Part shown: positions 49,849 through 61,764 of the stretch, piece after piece
How positions within the stretch are numbered: position 1 is the first letter of the stretch
Layout of the letters: every line of letters starts with the position of its first letter
Source: Myxococcota bacterium
GTDB taxonomy: Bacteria > Myxococcota > UBA4151
Length of the DNA stretch: 64,000 nt
Direction: 5' to 3'
Assembly: GCA_040260805.1 (NCBI GenBank)
Contig: JBDQPD010000002.1
Coordinates: 8,668-72,667 of the forward strand
Translations under genes and position numbers: made by a program
Notes under the pieces: generated by a model
Seen by the model: only the letters and a program-made list of their open reading frames with translations
Databases searched by the model: none
What the model was told of the DNA's origin: nothing

Positions 49849-51591
49849 TTATCCCGCAATCATCGTGATGCCGGTCAAAACCAGCGCAGTCAGGGCTTCA
49901 CCCACAATAAAGCCTGCGGCTAAAGGCACCACCTTTTCACTAAAGAAGGCGCGCCCCTTTTTGGCTTCAAGGAACCAACCGGACAGGCACCCGACGCCAT
50001 AACCTAAGGTGATCTCAAAAGGCAGGTACATGGCGAGCCCGACCAGCACGCCAATACCGGCGGTGGGGAGCGCGCCTAGCGCTAAACCGAGCAGGCCGCC
50101 CCCCAAATACTTATCGACCGGCGCGTTGCCACCAACCACGCCTTCAATCATCCCTTGCAAGGCGCCCGCCTGCGGCGCGCTCAGACAATCTGATGCCTTG
50201 TTCACGCAGGCTGCGCTCTCAGGGCCAAACCCAGGAATTTGAACCCCGTTAGCGTCCACGCCGAAGCGGTGCCACAGGATATAAACCGTACCGACTGCGA
50301 CCATCGGACCGAGCCAGCCGGTGAAGATCTGCGCCAGCTGCTGACGCCTCGGAATCCCACCGACTAAGTGCCCGGTCTTGAGATCCTGCATCATATCAGC
50401 GCACTGACCGATGCCGACACAAACGGCGACACCCACCAAGACCGCAGCGGCGACCTGACCACCGGTAATCGCAAGCATCAAGGTCACGCCGATCAGCGCC
50501 ATCCCCGACAGCGGCGAGATGTCGGTCATCCCCGTCGCCTGTGCGACGATCATTCCCGCCAGGGCGAGCCATAATGCGCCGACCAACGCCACAGGCACAG
50601 CGAGCATCGGACCGACGATGAGCGCCGAAGCACAGTACAAGAGCAAGACGGCGCCGCTTAGACCAAAGCCAAGGGTCTTGGCGCTGAGCTCTTCCGCGCC
50701 GCCCTTGCCGCTCAGCTTGGCGGCGCTGCTCAAGGTTTTCACGGCGGCGCTGATCGCTGGAAAGGCTGCGACCACGCCCGCGAGCGCACCGCCGATTAGA
50801 ATGCCGATACCGGTCGGGCGCAGCATCTCGAAATACAGCTCGCCCCAGATTTTATCGCCTGTAATTTCGGGCGGAATCCAACCCGACGAGACCGCAGCGG
50901 GTGCGATGATCCACCAGGCCAGTACGCCGCCAAAGACAAAGGGTAAGCCCCCTCGTCCTGAGAGCAACCCTGCGCCGATGTTCATGATCGAGAGCGACAG
51001 CGCCGTCCCAGTATAAGCAGGTATGCCGAGCCAATCGCCTACGGCGAGGCTCGGAGGCAACACATTCACCTCCTCAATCAACACCAAGACGGAGCCGCTG
51101 ATCGCAGCGCCGATACCGAGTAAGAGCGCTTTATTTTTGCCGCCGCCGGCGCTTCGAAGGATCGAAGCCACCGCCATCCCAGAGGGGAAACGTAAGCGAT
51201 CAAACTCAAGCATCTGTTTGCGTAAGGGGATGATCAGCACCACGCCCATGAACGACCCGGCGGTTGCCGAGAGAATCATCGCCGCCCAGCTGAAGTCTTC
51301 ACCGAGCAGCAGCAGCGCGGGCAGGGTAAAGATGACGCCTGAACTCGACACGTTAATCGCCGAGGCGATCGTTTGCGCGACGTTGTTCTCAATGATCGTT
51401 CCGGTGCCTAGCGCGCGCAGCACCACAAAGCCGAGAATTGCGGCGACCGTCGAGCCACCCAGGCCAAACCCGAGCTTGAGCCCGACGTAGACAAAGGCAG
51501 AGGTCATGATCACACCGAGCAGCGCGCCAAAGATCAGCGCCTGCCAGGTCAGTTCGGGATAAGGGCGGTGGGCCGCCGCTTGTTCGCTCAT
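49849..51591 (-). CDS. OPT/YSL family oligopeptide transporter
   Basis: [40 protein letters not shown]; many TM helices. Confidence 0.92.
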   Translation of the reverse strand: MSEQAAAHRPYPELTWQALIFGALLGVIMTSAFVYVGLKLGFGLGGSTVAAILGFVVLRALGTGTIIENNVAQTIASAINVSSSGVIFTLPALLLLGEDFSWAAMILSATAGSFMGVVLIIPLRKQMLEFDRLRFPSGMAVASILRSAGGGKNKALLLGIGAAISGSVLVLIEEVNVLPPSLAVGDWLGIPAYTGTALSLSIMNIGAGLLSGRGGLPFVFGGVLAWWIIAPAAVSSGWIPPEITGDKIWGELYFEMLRPTGIGILIGGALAGVVAAFPAISAAVKTLSSAAKLSGKGGAEELSAKTLGFGLSGAVLLLYCASALIVGPMLAVPVALVGALWLALAGMIVAQATGMTDISPLSGMALIGVTLMLAITGGQVAAAVLVGVAVCVGIGQCADMMQDLKTGHLVGGIPRRQQLAQIFTGWLGPMVAVGTVYILWHRFGVDANGVQIPGFGPESAACVNKASDCLSAPQAGALQGMIEGVVGGNAPVDKYLGGGLLGLALGALPTAGIGVLVGLAMYLPFEITLGYGVGCLSGWFLEAKKGRAFFSEKVVPLAAGFIVGEALTALVLTGITMIAG

Positions 51592-51725
51592 CGAAAAGCA
51601 CTCACAAGAGATTGAAACCGCAGGCGTTGACCACGCCGCAGATGCCTGTGCAAGGCCTTCTAAGCCTCGGTGTCAGACCGGTCGTTAAGATGCGCTGGCA
51701 CCGAACTTGGATCAGGAACCAACAC

Positions 51726-53516
51726 GTGACCGATGCGCTCAACGAGAAACTCAAGTGGGGTTGGGGGTATGATGCCCTTCGAGCACCTCAACGTCAGGCG
51801 ATCGAGTCGGCGCTCGCCGGAAAAGACAGCTTGGTCATCCTGCCGACAGGCGGTGGGAAGTCGATCTGCTTTCAGCTGCCACCGCTGGTGGGTCACGGAC
51901 CCACGCTGATCGTGAGTCCTTTGATCGCGCTGATGGAGGACCAGGTACAGTCGGCGCGCCAGGCGGTCTCGGCGGCAGCGCTTCACTCTGATTTATCACC
52001 CCAGCACCAAGCCACCATCGTGCGCGACTATCAAGCAGGTCACATCAGCCTGCTCTACACGTCGCCAGAGCGGCTGGCGCACAGCAGACTCCTGAGTGAT
52101 CTGATGCTTCGCCCTCCGGCATTGATCGCCGTTGATGAAGCCCACTGCATCTCATCATGGGGTCACGACTTTCGTCCGGAATACCGCCAGCTCGCCGACC
52201 TGCTCGAGCGTCTCGATGCGCCGCGGATGGCGCTGACGGCAACAGCGACGCCCCAAGTGGCTCAAGACATCGCTGCGCAGTTAAGGCTCAAAGACCCAGT
52301 ACAGGTGATGGCGCCGGTGCATCGAGCCAACCTCAAGCTCAGCTGTCTGGCTCGCCACGACCGACGCCGCCAACTCAGCGACTTGATCGAAGCTCGACGC
52401 GGCCAATGCGGTATTGTCTACTGCCGCAAGCGCAAGGACACCGAAGAGCTCGCCGACTGGTTCAAAGCCAAAGGGCACCGATGCGCCGCTTTTCATGCCG
52501 GTCTAGCCGCAGCGCGTAAAAAACAGACGCTCAACGCATTTACTCACGACCAGCTTGATGTGGTTTTTGCGACCGTAGCCTTTGGGATGGGGATCGACCG
52601 ACCCGATGTTCGCTTTGTCATTCATGCCGCCATGCCCGGCTCACTCGAAGCCTACGTCCAAGAATCAGGTCGGGCTGGGCGAGACGGAGAGGCCGCAGAC
52701 TGCATCTTGCTGCACAGCGGTCAGGACATCCGAACCGCTCAGTTTTTTATCGACGAAGAAAACCCAAGTGATGAGCGTCGACAATCGCTCGAGCGTGCCT
52801 TGTGGTCGATGGTCGACTTTGCGCGCACACCAGCTTGTCGGCATCAACAAATCAGTGAACATTTCGGGCAGCAGCTTGCCGGCAATGGTCGATGCGGCGC
52901 GTCCTGTGATGTGTGCTCTGGAGCGCTAGACACCCTACCCGACCAGGAGGGCTTGCAGATCGCTGAAGCGGTTCTTGAGCTGGTCAGCGGACTGCGTGGA
53001 CGCTTCGGCCGAAGCCATATCGCGGCGATCTTGGCGGGCTCAAAAGCGGAACGCATTCGAAAATGGAAACACCATCAACTCCAGCTGCACGGCCGGCTTC
53101 GGCGCTATGGAGAAAAGGGAATCATGCAGCTCATTGATCAACTTGAGCACCATAAACTGGTGCAAGCAGGGCAGCAAAACGGATACCCCGTGATCGAGCT
53201 TGGAATGGTGAGCCTAGACGTCCAAGCCCCACCCGCCTTAGTGGTCACGGTGGCGCCAGCTCAAAAAAGCAGCCCGAAAACTACGCTGAGGGATCGCGAC
53301 CAGCAACTCTTTGAGACGCTCAAGGCATGGCGCGCTGAGCTCGCGCAAGCACGCGGCGTGCCGGCTTATCGGATCGCCAGCGACCGAAGCCTCAAGCACG
53401 TCGCCAGCAACCGCCCTATGAGTCGCCAAGAGCTGTTAGCAATTCATGGATTTGGAGCGGTCAAGGTTGACGAGCTGGCGGACGAAATCCTCCCCCTTGT
53501 GGCCCAAACTGAGTAG
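51726..53516 (+). CDS. recQ: ATP-dependent DNA helicase RecQ with RQC and HRDC domains
   Basis: [39 protein letters not shown]-terminal HRDC. Confidence 0.95.
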   Translation: MTDALNEKLKWGWGYDALRAPQRQAIESALAGKDSLVILPTGGGKSICFQLPPLVGHGPTLIVSPLIALMEDQVQSARQAVSAAALHSDLSPQHQATIVRDYQAGHISLLYTSPERLAHSRLLSDLMLRPPALIAVDEAHCISSWGHDFRPEYRQLADLLERLDAPRMALTATATPQVAQDIAAQLRLKDPVQVMAPVHRANLKLSCLARHDRRRQLSDLIEARRGQCGIVYCRKRKDTEELADWFKAKGHRCAAFHAGLAAARKKQTLNAFTHDQLDVVFATVAFGMGIDRPDVRFVIHAAMPGSLEAYVQESGRAGRDGEAADCILLHSGQDIRTAQFFIDEENPSDERRQSLERALWSMVDFARTPACRHQQISEHFGQQLAGNGRCGASCDVCSGALDTLPDQEGLQIAEAVLELVSGLRGRFGRSHIAAILAGSKAERIRKWKHHQLQLHGRLRRYGEKGIMQLIDQLEHHKLVQAGQQNGYPVIELGMVSLDVQAPPALVVTVAPAQKSSPKTTLRDRDQQLFETLKAWRAELAQARGVPAYRIASDRSLKHVASNRPMSRQELLAIHGFGAVKVDELADEILPLVAQTE

Positions 53517-54417
53517 GCGGCGGAGCAGAGGGTCGCTTCTGGAGTTTGCGTTTGTCGTTTTTCGGCTCGACCGTAATGATCTTCGGTCCACCGCGACCAG
53601 GCGCAGGCGCCGGAGGGGGGCGCAGCGCCGTCAACTCGTTGAGCTTCATCTTAAAATCGATGCTCAAGGTGCTCCCTTGAACCCGAAACTTCATCGCTCG
53701 TCCCAGCTTCATCGACGAGGGGTGGTTCGAATTCAATAAGCCTAAACTCACCATCATCTGGATGCCGCTAGCTGCCTCAGGGCTTCGAGCGCGAATACGC
53801 ATCTTGGCGTGCAGCTTGTCGGCTTTGAGCCAGCCCTTCACCTGGATCTCATGAATCTCGGCTAGAGGGGACGCCTCTTGCTGTTTTAGGATCAGCTTAC
53901 GCGCTTGCGATGTGCTGCGAAAACGAAGCCACGCTTTCGAGCCGCGCAAAAAAGGCGGCAAAGCCCTCAGCGGCGGCAGCGTCCCCTTCAGAGCCTGCTC
54001 GACCATCGGCCGATAGCCCGCCTGGATCACACGCGAGGATTCAAGCGCAAACATCGGCGAGTTGATGTTGCCTGCGTACGCCGTCTTGCCCGCAATCTTG
54101 AGCTGCTTGATCGCTGTTTTGTCTTGGTTTTTTGCCCACGAACTGTGGATTCTTTTGGGCTTAAATCGGCCTTTGAGCGTGACCAAGGGCTCGCCCGGCT
54201 TGTCGGGGTTGATCGGCTGCGTCATGCGAAACTTGATATGGTCAAGGTCGCGCATCGGTCGAAAACCAATCTCTTCGATAAAGCCTTTGAATTGGGGCGG
54301 CGCATCTTGAAGGAGTTGCGCCGCCGCACGCTGGACCGACTTGCTCTTCTTAAAATCCGTCACGTTCACTTCACCGTCGATGATAAATACGGCTGCAGCG
54401 AGTACCAAACTGTTCAT
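53461..54417 (-). CDS. Hypothetical basic protein with hydrophobic N-terminus and Pro-rich tail
   Basis: ATGA overlap with the upstream mutase gene; long open frame; overlaps recQ convergently by 56 nt. Confidence 0.65.
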   Translation of the reverse strand: MNSLVLAAAVFIIDGEVNVTDFKKSKSVQRAAAQLLQDAPPQFKGFIEEIGFRPMRDLDHIKFRMTQPINPDKPGEPLVTLKGRFKPKRIHSSWAKNQDKTAIKQLKIAGKTAYAGNINSPMFALESSRVIQAGYRPMVEQALKGTLPPLRALPPFLRGSKAWLRFRSTSQARKLILKQQEASPLAEIHEIQVKGWLKADKLHAKMRIRARSPEAASGIQMMVSLGLLNSNHPSSMKLGRAMKFRVQGSTLSIDFKMKLNELTALRPPPAPAPGRGGPKIITVEPKNDKRKLQKRPSAPPPTQFGPQGGGFRPPARQP

Positions 54418-56099
54418 GATCTCTCCAAGGCTTGCCGCCATGCCTGCATCGAGGCCTTGAGCGCTTCCGCTGACTGATCAACGCCCTGAGCGCTGCGATA
54501 TTCGAAATAAGTCTTAACTTTTGGTTCGGTTCCGGATGGACGAACCAAAACGCGTAGACCCTCTTCGGCGCTGCCATAGTTCAGCGCGATCAAGTTTGCG
54601 CGCAACTCTTTAGCCCATGGGGCGCCCTCATTAAAGTCGTGTCGGCTTCGCAAGCTCAACCCTGCGAGCCCTTCAGGCGCCCCAAAGCGAACCCGATCGA
54701 CCGCCTCTTTCATCGACTCTGCGGCGTCGACCCCTTCGAAGCGCTGAACCCATTGACCTGACGAAAAAGCACCGATCTCATGATGAATTTGATTCAATCG
54801 TGAAGCGATGCTCTGACCCTCCGCTTTAAGCGCCCGTGCGCGATGCGCAAAGGCTAACGCGGCGCTGACCCCATCTTTGTCGGCGACCGTCTCGCCGACG
54901 CAGTAACCGAGCGCTTCTTCGTAACCAAAGGCAAAGGGCTGATCGGGGCGCCGGCGGCGCTCGGCCATGATCCACTTAAACCCGGTCAGCGCCGAGGCGT
55001 AGGTGTGGCCGCGCGCCGTGACCAAGGCAGACAGCGCCTGAGACGATACAATCGATGCAGCAAAGACCGCCGGGGGTCCTTGATAAGCGATGAGGCAGTG
55101 ATCGCCGAGGACCAAGCCGATCTGATTGCCATTGAGCAACGCAAACCCCTCTGCGCAGGGCAGCGCAACGGCTAAGCGGTCGGCGTCTGGGTCATTAGCA
55201 AGCACCAAGTCGGCACCAACCTTAGCCGCGAGTGCCATCGCTAAATCCATCGCGCCATCCTCTTCGGGGTTCGGGAAGGCGACGGTTGGAAAGGTTCCAT
55301 CGGGCTGATGCTGTTCAGCGACGCAATGCAACTCAAAGCCTGCTCGCTCAAGGAGGGTCACGACCGACTCACCGCCGACCCCGTGCATCGCCGAGTAGAC
55401 AATCCGCAACGGCGTGCTCGCAGCGCTGACGCTCGGCGTCTCGTCCTCGACAGCTTGCCAATAGGTGCTCAGTTCAGCGTGGCCTAGCCCTTCAAGCTTG
55501 GGTCCTGCTTGATCGGCAGCTAAAACGGCGAGGTCAGAGGCTCTCGACAGCGCATGATGCTCAATAGCTTGAGCGATCTGACCGTCGATGGGCGGGATGA
55601 TCTGAGCGGCGTGATCCCAGTACACTTTAAAGCCATTATCTTGCGGCGGGTTATGCGATGCGGTCACTTGAATGCCGGCAAGCGCGCCGAGTCGTCGAAC
55701 CCAGAATGAGGTCGCTGGAGTGGGCGTGGGTTGATCCCAAAGGTAAACGGCCACCCCACGCGCCCTGAGCACGGCCGCCGATTCATCGGCAAACTGCTTT
55801 GAGCGGTGTCGCGCATCAAAACCGATCACCACCCCGCGCGCAAGCTCCTGCGTCGAGGCCTGCAAAACATCAGCGAGCCCATGACAGGTCTGACGGATAA
55901 CCGCTGTATTCATCGCAGCGGGGCCGGCGCCTATGGGGCCCCGCAAACCCGCTGTGCCAAAGCTCAGGCGTCCAGAAAACCGTGCGCGCAGAAGGTCGGA
56001 ATCGCCCTCTTTGAGTGCTAATTCCAGCTCCGCTCGATCGATCGGGTCGGGGTCTCCAGCGAGCCAGGATTCAACCTGCATTCGCAACTCTTGATCCAT
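54414..56099 (-). CDS. Phosphomannomutase / phosphoglucomutase
   Basis: FGTAGLRG, TASHNP, DPDADR, GYEEALGY, RPSGTEPK. Confidence 0.93.
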   Translation of the reverse strand: MDQELRMQVESWLAGDPDPIDRAELELALKEGDSDLLRARFSGRLSFGTAGLRGPIGAGPAAMNTAVIRQTCHGLADVLQASTQELARGVVIGFDARHRSKQFADESAAVLRARGVAVYLWDQPTPTPATSFWVRRLGALAGIQVTASHNPPQDNGFKVYWDHAAQIIPPIDGQIAQAIEHHALSRASDLAVLAADQAGPKLEGLGHAELSTYWQAVEDETPSVSAASTPLRIVYSAMHGVGGESVVTLLERAGFELHCVAEQHQPDGTFPTVAFPNPEEDGAMDLAMALAAKVGADLVLANDPDADRLAVALPCAEGFALLNGNQIGLVLGDHCLIAYQGPPAVFAASIVSSQALSALVTARGHTYASALTGFKWIMAERRRRPDQPFAFGYEEALGYCVGETVADKDGVSAALAFAHRARALKAEGQSIASRLNQIHHEIGAFSSGQWVQRFEGVDAAESMKEAVDRVRFGAPEGLAGLSLRSRHDFNEGAPWAKELRANLIALNYGSAEEGLRVLVRPSGTEPKVKTYFEYRSAQGVDQSAEALKASMQAWRQALERS

Positions 56100-56181
56100 G
56101 GGCTTTGCCTCCTTCACTGCGTACGCTTTTCAAACCGACGAAGGTCGCGCAAGGTTGCCGCCGATTTGAGGGGAGGCTCCT

Positions 56182-56946
56182 ATGCGATTCGCAGTCTTGG
56201 TTGTGGCCAGTAGCGCGCTGATTTGCGCGTGTTCGACGACGCCTAAAAGCCTCGACGTTGATGCTGACGTACCCCTCAGTACAGCGCCGAAGAAGCCTCT
56301 GAAGCCCGTGCCTGGGCCAAATCAGATCCTGCTCGATGGCAACATCAGCAACGTGCGCTGGGGTGATGGAGACACCTTCAGCTTGCGCACGCTGACCGGT
56401 AAAAGAAAAAATGCTCGGCTGGCAGGCTTTAATGCCCTTGAATCTTATGGCCCGGTTCACCGCTGGGGTGATTGGACCTACGCCGAACTGTATCAGCTCG
56501 CAAAGGCTGCTGGGGTCGCGGCTTCAGCTAAGGGCTGGGTCTGCACAACGCAACCGGGCGGGGGCGGCTACGGACGTTTACTGGTGGACTGTCCGGGGCT
56601 CGAAAGAGAGCTGATCTCCAAAGGCTTAGCTCATGTCTTCTCGATCAACGGACCAGGCGATGAGGCGGTCTTAGCGCTTCAAAAGCAAGCGCAGAAACAA
56701 AGCCAAGGCATCTGGGCGAAGGGCGTGCCTGAGGGTTTGATCACGGGTCTACACAGCGCGGATGAGCGCTCTGATCGCAAACAAGCGTATGACCGAGTCG
56801 TCGATACCCAAACCGGCGAAGCGCCCGCAGTGCCGCACACCAAAAGTTATGAGGTCTGCCAAGAGGTCTGCCATCAATCGAGTTGTATGATCTATGTCCC
56901 CTACCGGATGCGTTATGGCGACAAGCGAGCCAGCTGCCTGCGCTAA
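56182..56946 (+). CDS. SNase-like nuclease lipoprotein, paralog of 36210..37151
   Basis: GGAGG RBS; lipobox-like ICAC; DGDTF, RLAGFNALESYGPVH, GYGR, GLAH. Confidence 0.8.
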   Translation: MRFAVLVVASSALICACSTTPKSLDVDADVPLSTAPKKPLKPVPGPNQILLDGNISNVRWGDGDTFSLRTLTGKRKNARLAGFNALESYGPVHRWGDWTYAELYQLAKAAGVAASAKGWVCTTQPGGGGYGRLLVDCPGLERELISKGLAHVFSINGPGDEAVLALQKQAQKQSQGIWAKGVPEGLITGLHSADERSDRKQAYDRVVDTQTGEAPAVPHTKSYEVCQEVCHQSSCMIYVPYRMRYGDKRASCLR

Positions 56947-56958
56947 GAAAGTCTGAGC

Positions 56959-58029
56959 GTGTACGCCCTCATTCGCCCTGTTTTGTTTCTGTTCTCGGCC
57001 GAGCAAGCGCACCACCTTGGTGTGTTCATTGCCCGTATTCTGGCGCCGTTTAGTTCTATTTTACGGCCGCTCTTGTTGCCCAACTGCAAACGTCTTGAAC
57101 AAGACCTGCTCGGTGGACGTTGGGCTCATCCGATCGGACTCGCTGCGGGCTTGGACAAAGACGGTCGAGCGGCTGCAGGCTTTGCCGGTTTTGGTTTTGG
57201 CGCCATCGAAATCGGAACGATCACCGCACATGGGCAGCCCGGGAACCCAAAACCTCGGCTGTTTCGAGTCCGCGCAGATCGCGCCATCATCAATCGGTTC
57301 GGATTTAACAACCCAGGCTGTCAGGCCGCCCAAAAGACACTCTCACGCTACAATCTACCCTGTCCGCTTGGTGGTAACATCGGCAAGTCGAAGATCACAC
57401 CAAACGACGAGGCGCTGACTGATTATTGCCAAAGCGTCGCCGCGCTTGGTCCCCATGTTGATTACCTGGTGATCAACGTATCGAGCCCGAACACTCCGGG
57501 CTTACGTGACCTCCAACAACTCGACGCGCTCAGGCCACTCATCACGGGCGTTCAGTCGGCGATCGCCAAGCTCGAACGGTCCGTGCCCTTAGCGCTCAAG
57601 GTTGCGCCAGACCTCGCCGATGACGACCTTCACGCGATCGCAGACCTTGCGGTTGAAACCCAGCTCGACGCCTTGATCGCCACCAACACCACGATCGCCC
57701 GAACAGGGTTGAGTCTAAGCCACAGCGCGATCGATGCGATCGGAGCAGGCGGCTTGAGTGGTGCGCCGCTGCAAGTCAGGGCGCGGACGGTCACCGAGCT
57801 GCTCGCTCGACGCCTTGAGCGCCGAGTTCCGCTGATCTCAGTGGGGGGAATCGACAGCGGCGAAGAAGCTTATCGGCGCATCCGACTGGGCGCTTGTGCG
57901 GTTCAGATCTACAGCTCAATCATTTATCAAGGACCCTTACTGGCGGTGCGTATGGCGCGTGAACTGGACCGCTCTTTGCAGCGTGATGGCCTTAGCCATA
58001 TCGGCGAAGCTATAGGGTTGGATCTTTGA
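56959..58029 (+). CDS. pyrD: Quinone-dependent dihydroorotate dehydrogenase (class 2)
   Basis: GLAAGLDK, GNPKPRLFR, INRFGFNN, NVSSPNTPGLR, GGLSG. Confidence 0.96.
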   Translation: MYALIRPVLFLFSAEQAHHLGVFIARILAPFSSILRPLLLPNCKRLEQDLLGGRWAHPIGLAAGLDKDGRAAAGFAGFGFGAIEIGTITAHGQPGNPKPRLFRVRADRAIINRFGFNNPGCQAAQKTLSRYNLPCPLGGNIGKSKITPNDEALTDYCQSVAALGPHVDYLVINVSSPNTPGLRDLQQLDALRPLITGVQSAIAKLERSVPLALKVAPDLADDDLHAIADLAVETQLDALIATNTTIARTGLSLSHSAIDAIGAGGLSGAPLQVRARTVTELLARRLERRVPLISVGGIDSGEEAYRRIRLGACAVQIYSSIIYQGPLLAVRMARELDRSLQRDGLSHIGEAIGLDL

Positions 58030-58625
58030 CGCTACACACGGTGCTCGAACTCGGTGACCCGCGCCTTAGGGCGCCTTGCCTGCCGGTCCCAAAGGCACAC
58101 TTTGGATCGGCTGAATTATCGAGTTTAATCGAGGATTTGATTGAGACCATGCGCGCTCGTAATGGCGCTGGGATAGCCGCTCCTCAAATTGGTATCGCCC
58201 AACAGGTCTGCATTATCGAGGTCAACGACAACCCCCGCTACCCCTACAAACCCACCATACCTTTGACGGTCCTGATCAACCCTGAACTCACCGTCATCGG
58301 CGATGAACGCATCTCAGTGATTGAGGGATGTTTATCGGTTCCCAATCTACGCGGCCGGGTCGAACGCTCTGCACGAGTCGAGGTCCGCGCCCTTGACCCT
58401 CACGGTGAACCTATCTTGCTCCAGGCCGAAGGGCTGACAGCCGGCACCCTGCAACACGAACTCGACCACCTTGAAGGCATGCTCTTTGTGGATCGAGTCA
58501 GCGACCCGCAGACGCTTTGCTCGTGGTCGAGCTACGAACAGTTTGTCGCTGCCGACTTTGCAGATGAAGCGGCTCGTATTAATACTCGCTATCCCGAACC
58601 TTTGGTGCTTCTTCGAGGCACCTGA
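58026..58625 (+). CDS. def: Peptide deformylase
   Basis: GAGIAAPQIG, EGCLSV, QHELDHLEG. Confidence 0.95.
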   Translation: MTLHTVLELGDPRLRAPCLPVPKAHFGSAELSSLIEDLIETMRARNGAGIAAPQIGIAQQVCIIEVNDNPRYPYKPTIPLTVLINPELTVIGDERISVIEGCLSVPNLRGRVERSARVEVRALDPHGEPILLQAEGLTAGTLQHELDHLEGMLFVDRVSDPQTLCSWSSYEQFVAADFADEAARINTRYPEPLVLLRGT

Positions 58626-58677
58626 ATCGAAGGACTACTCGGCGCCGAGGCGTCTGCCATCTACGGAGAGACTCAAC

Positions 58678-59316
58678 GTGAAATTCTTTATCGATACAGC
58701 GGACGCTGCTGAGATTCGCCAGGCTGCTGATCTGGGCCTTCTCGATGGCGTGACCACCAACCCGACTTTGATCAAACGCGCCGGCTTACCCCGCCAAGAG
58801 GCGATCGAAACGATCTGTCGCTTGGTGCCCGGTCCAGTCAGCGCTGAGGCGCTAGGTCCCGATGCGGAAACCTTTATCGCCGAGGGGCTTGAGCTCGCAA
58901 AGATCGCCGACAATGTGGTGGTCAAGCTGCCGACCAACGAGGCCGGTCTGAAAGCCTGTAAAGCGCTCTCCGACCAGGGTATTGATGTGAACATGACGCT
59001 TATTTTCCAGCCCGTCCAAGCCCTGCTGTGCGCACGCGCTGGAGCTCGTTTCGTGAGCCCATTCTTAGGTCGTTTGGATGATATCTGCTCATCGGGAATG
59101 GGGTTGATTGAAGAGCTCAGGGTCATCTTTGACAATTACGGATTCGAGACCGAGATCCTCGCCGCATCGATCCGTAGCCCTGAGCACGTCAAACAAGCCG
59201 CTTTGCTTGGCGCCGATGTGTGCACCATTCCGATGGCGGTGATCCAAAAACTACTCAATCACCCGCTCACTCAGAGCGGCATTGCGGCTTTTGAGCGCGA
59301 CGCTGGGCTTCGTTAG
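58678..59316 (+). CDS. tal: Transaldolase, small FSA/TalC type
   Basis: FFIDTAD, GVTTNPT, VVKLP, SPFLGRLDD, AASIR; GTG start after GGAG. Confidence 0.9.
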   Translation: MKFFIDTADAAEIRQAADLGLLDGVTTNPTLIKRAGLPRQEAIETICRLVPGPVSAEALGPDAETFIAEGLELAKIADNVVVKLPTNEAGLKACKALSDQGIDVNMTLIFQPVQALLCARAGARFVSPFLGRLDDICSSGMGLIEELRVIFDNYGFETEILAASIRSPEHVKQAALLGADVCTIPMAVIQKLLNHPLTQSGIAAFERDAGLR

Positions 59317-59319
59317 GCG

Positions 59320-61764
59320 ATGCGCTTTGTTGGGCTAGGCATACGCGGCCTCGTCGCTCTGATTCCTGCGCTGGCGCTCGCTGGCGGCATGTTCGCCTTG
59401 GGTCTTTATCAGACCTACCGTGAAGGGTTGCCGGCGATTGAAAACGCCCAACAATACGACCCCCCTGCGATCACTCGTTTTGTCGCCGCTGATGGAGCGA
59501 TCATTGGCGAATTTGCCGAACAACGGCGAATTGTCGTGCCCTATCGGCGGATCCCAAGACAGTTGATTCAAGCGTTTTTGTCTGCCGAAGACACCGGGTT
59601 CTTTGAGCACGATGGGATCGATCCCAAAGGGGTGCTTCGAGCGGCCTTGGTCAACCTGCGAGCCGGACGCGTGCGTCAGGGTGCCTCGACCATTACCCAA
59701 CAGCTCGCCAAGCAGATGTTGGTCCGTAAGATTGGGTACGCCAAGGGGACCGAGCGCGGCTTAGGTCGTAAGATTCGAGAGGCTATTTTGGCGCGCCGGC
59801 TCGAGTACACGCTGAGTAAAGAGGACATTTTGTATCTCTACCTCAACGAGATCTATCTCGGAGCGGGAGTGTACGGTGTCCAAGCCGCAGCCGAGAGCTA
59901 CTTCGCCAAGAACATTGAAGATCTAACCTTGGGCGAGATGAGCCTTCTCGCCGGTCTCCCGCCCGCGCCATCTCGGTTCTCGCCGATCAAGAACCCAAAG
60001 GCGGCAAAGACCAAGCAGGCCTATGTACTGCGCCGGATGGTCGAAGAGGGTTACATCTCGGTGGATGAGATGAAGGCTGCTAAAGCGGAACAAGCTGAGA
60101 AGAAGGTCCAGAGCAAAGAGAACCTATTTTCCGATGTAGCGCCCTATTTCACCGAGCATGTGCGGCGAGATTTGGTGGAAGAGTTTGGTGAGGACATCGT
60201 GCTCAAAAAAGGCGGCTGGCTCATCGAAACGACCATTGATGTGTCGCGACAGCGTGCGGCGCGTGATGCCCTTCAAGGCGGGCTTGATCGACTCGATCGC
60301 CGGATGGGCTATTGGGGCCCAATTGACCGTGTACCACCCAAGCAGATCGAGGCAGCCGCTCGCGCCTTTCAAGAGACTAAACTCAAAGGCGGCAAAGCCG
60401 CTATCGACGAAGAATACATCGCCGTGGTCGAGCGCGTGACGCGCCGGTTTGCCAGCGTTTTAGTGGGTACCGAGCGCTTCCCTTTGTTGCTCAAAGAACA
60501 TCGCTGGATGCGCACCGCGCGTCGCAACGCGCTGTCGAAGTCCGACTACCCGAGCGATATGAGGAAAGTGCTTAACCCAGGTGACTTATTGCGCGTCGTT
60601 CTGCGCGATGAAAAAGGGAAAGTAGTGGCTCGAGTCATTCAGGATCCCATGGCTGAAGCGGCGCTGGTCAGTCAGGACATTGAAACGGACTATGTGGTCG
60701 CTATGGTCGGCGGTTATGACTTTGATCGCAGCCAGTTTAATCGCGCCTTTCAAGCCTGCCGCCAGCCAGGGTCATCGTTTAAGCCCATCATTTTTTCCGC
60801 CGGCTTAGAGATGGGTGGGCGCATTCGCAGGGGCGCGCCGATCGAGGTGATCACCCCAGCGACACTGCTCAGCGACACCCCTATTGTGCGCCATGATTGG
60901 GACACCGGCGTGCGCTGGAAGCCAAACAATTACGACTCAAGCTACAGCATGGACGTACCTTTACGGACCGCGCTGATGCGCTCGATGAACTTACCGACCA
61001 TTGATTTGTTCGAGCGAGTCGGCGCGAAAAAGGTGGTCGAGTGGGCAGGGACGCTCGGCATCAAACAAAAATTGCACGTCGACGCCTCGATCGCCCTGGG
61101 CAGCCACTGCGTGATCCCTTGGGAGCTGATCCAGGTCTACAGTTTGTTCGCTCGCCAAGGCCGCACGCCGCGCTCTCGCTTCATCACTCGTATCACCGAT
61201 GCCCAAGGCAACGTGCTGCGCGACGAGGCTGATTATCGTGACGTCTGGGCGAGCCGAGCCGACCGAATGGATCGGCTGGTGCGCGAGGTCGATGGTTTAG
61301 CAGAGCCCACGATCTCGCCCGCGCTCGCCTACGTGATGACCTACCTGCTCAAACAGGTCGTCGATCGCGGGACGGCGACCCGAGCGCGCATCGACGGTGT
61401 CCCTGTTGCCGGAAAGACAGGCACCACAAACGACAGCTATGACGCCTGGTTTGTCGGTTATACGCCGCGGCTCGTTAGCGGCGTCTGGGTAGGCTTTGAC
61501 CACAACGAGCGACCCTTGGGGCGCTCAGAGACCGGCGGACGAACCGCAGCGCCGATCTGGCGAGATTATACCAAGCGAGCGATCGCTGATTTGGAGCCAG
61601 GGCGCTTCAAGGTACCTAAAGGCGTTGAGTTCGCCGACATCAACCCAAAATCAGGTGATCTCGGCAAAGGCGTGCGCGTCCCCTTTATCGCAGGGACTGT
61701 GCCCAAAGCGCGAGCCAAAGCCCCTCAACAAAGCGAAGCCGTTGGACTCAGCGACGAACTCTAG
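59320..61764 (+). CDS. mrcA: Penicillin-binding protein 1A
   Basis: EDTGFFEH, GASTITQQ, RKIRE, SSFK (SxxK), SMN (SxN), KTG. Confidence 0.93.
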   Translation: MRFVGLGIRGLVALIPALALAGGMFALGLYQTYREGLPAIENAQQYDPPAITRFVAADGAIIGEFAEQRRIVVPYRRIPRQLIQAFLSAEDTGFFEHDGIDPKGVLRAALVNLRAGRVRQGASTITQQLAKQMLVRKIGYAKGTERGLGRKIREAILARRLEYTLSKEDILYLYLNEIYLGAGVYGVQAAAESYFAKNIEDLTLGEMSLLAGLPPAPSRFSPIKNPKAAKTKQAYVLRRMVEEGYISVDEMKAAKAEQAEKKVQSKENLFSDVAPYFTEHVRRDLVEEFGEDIVLKKGGWLIETTIDVSRQRAARDALQGGLDRLDRRMGYWGPIDRVPPKQIEAAARAFQETKLKGGKAAIDEEYIAVVERVTRRFASVLVGTERFPLLLKEHRWMRTARRNALSKSDYPSDMRKVLNPGDLLRVVLRDEKGKVVARVIQDPMAEAALVSQDIETDYVVAMVGGYDFDRSQFNRAFQACRQPGSSFKPIIFSAGLEMGGRIRRGAPIEVITPATLLSDTPIVRHDWDTGVRWKPNNYDSSYSMDVPLRTALMRSMNLPTIDLFERVGAKKVVEWAGTLGIKQKLHVDASIALGSHCVIPWELIQVYSLFARQGRTPRSRFITRITDAQGNVLRDEADYRDVWASRADRMDRLVREVDGLAEPTISPALAYVMTYLLKQVVDRGTATRARIDGVPVAGKTGTTNDSYDAWFVGYTPRLVSGVWVGFDHNERPLGRSETGGRTAAPIWRDYTKRAIADLEPGRFKVPKGVEFADINPKSGDLGKGVRVPFIAGTVPKARAKAPQQSEAVGLSDEL

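Noticed and set aside
56148..56164. Possible sigma-54 -24/-12 site (GG-N10-GC with TTGC) on the minus strand upstream of the phosphomannomutase gene
   Set aside because: The -24 element is a poor match to TGGCAC, and such matches arise by chance in GC-rich DNA.
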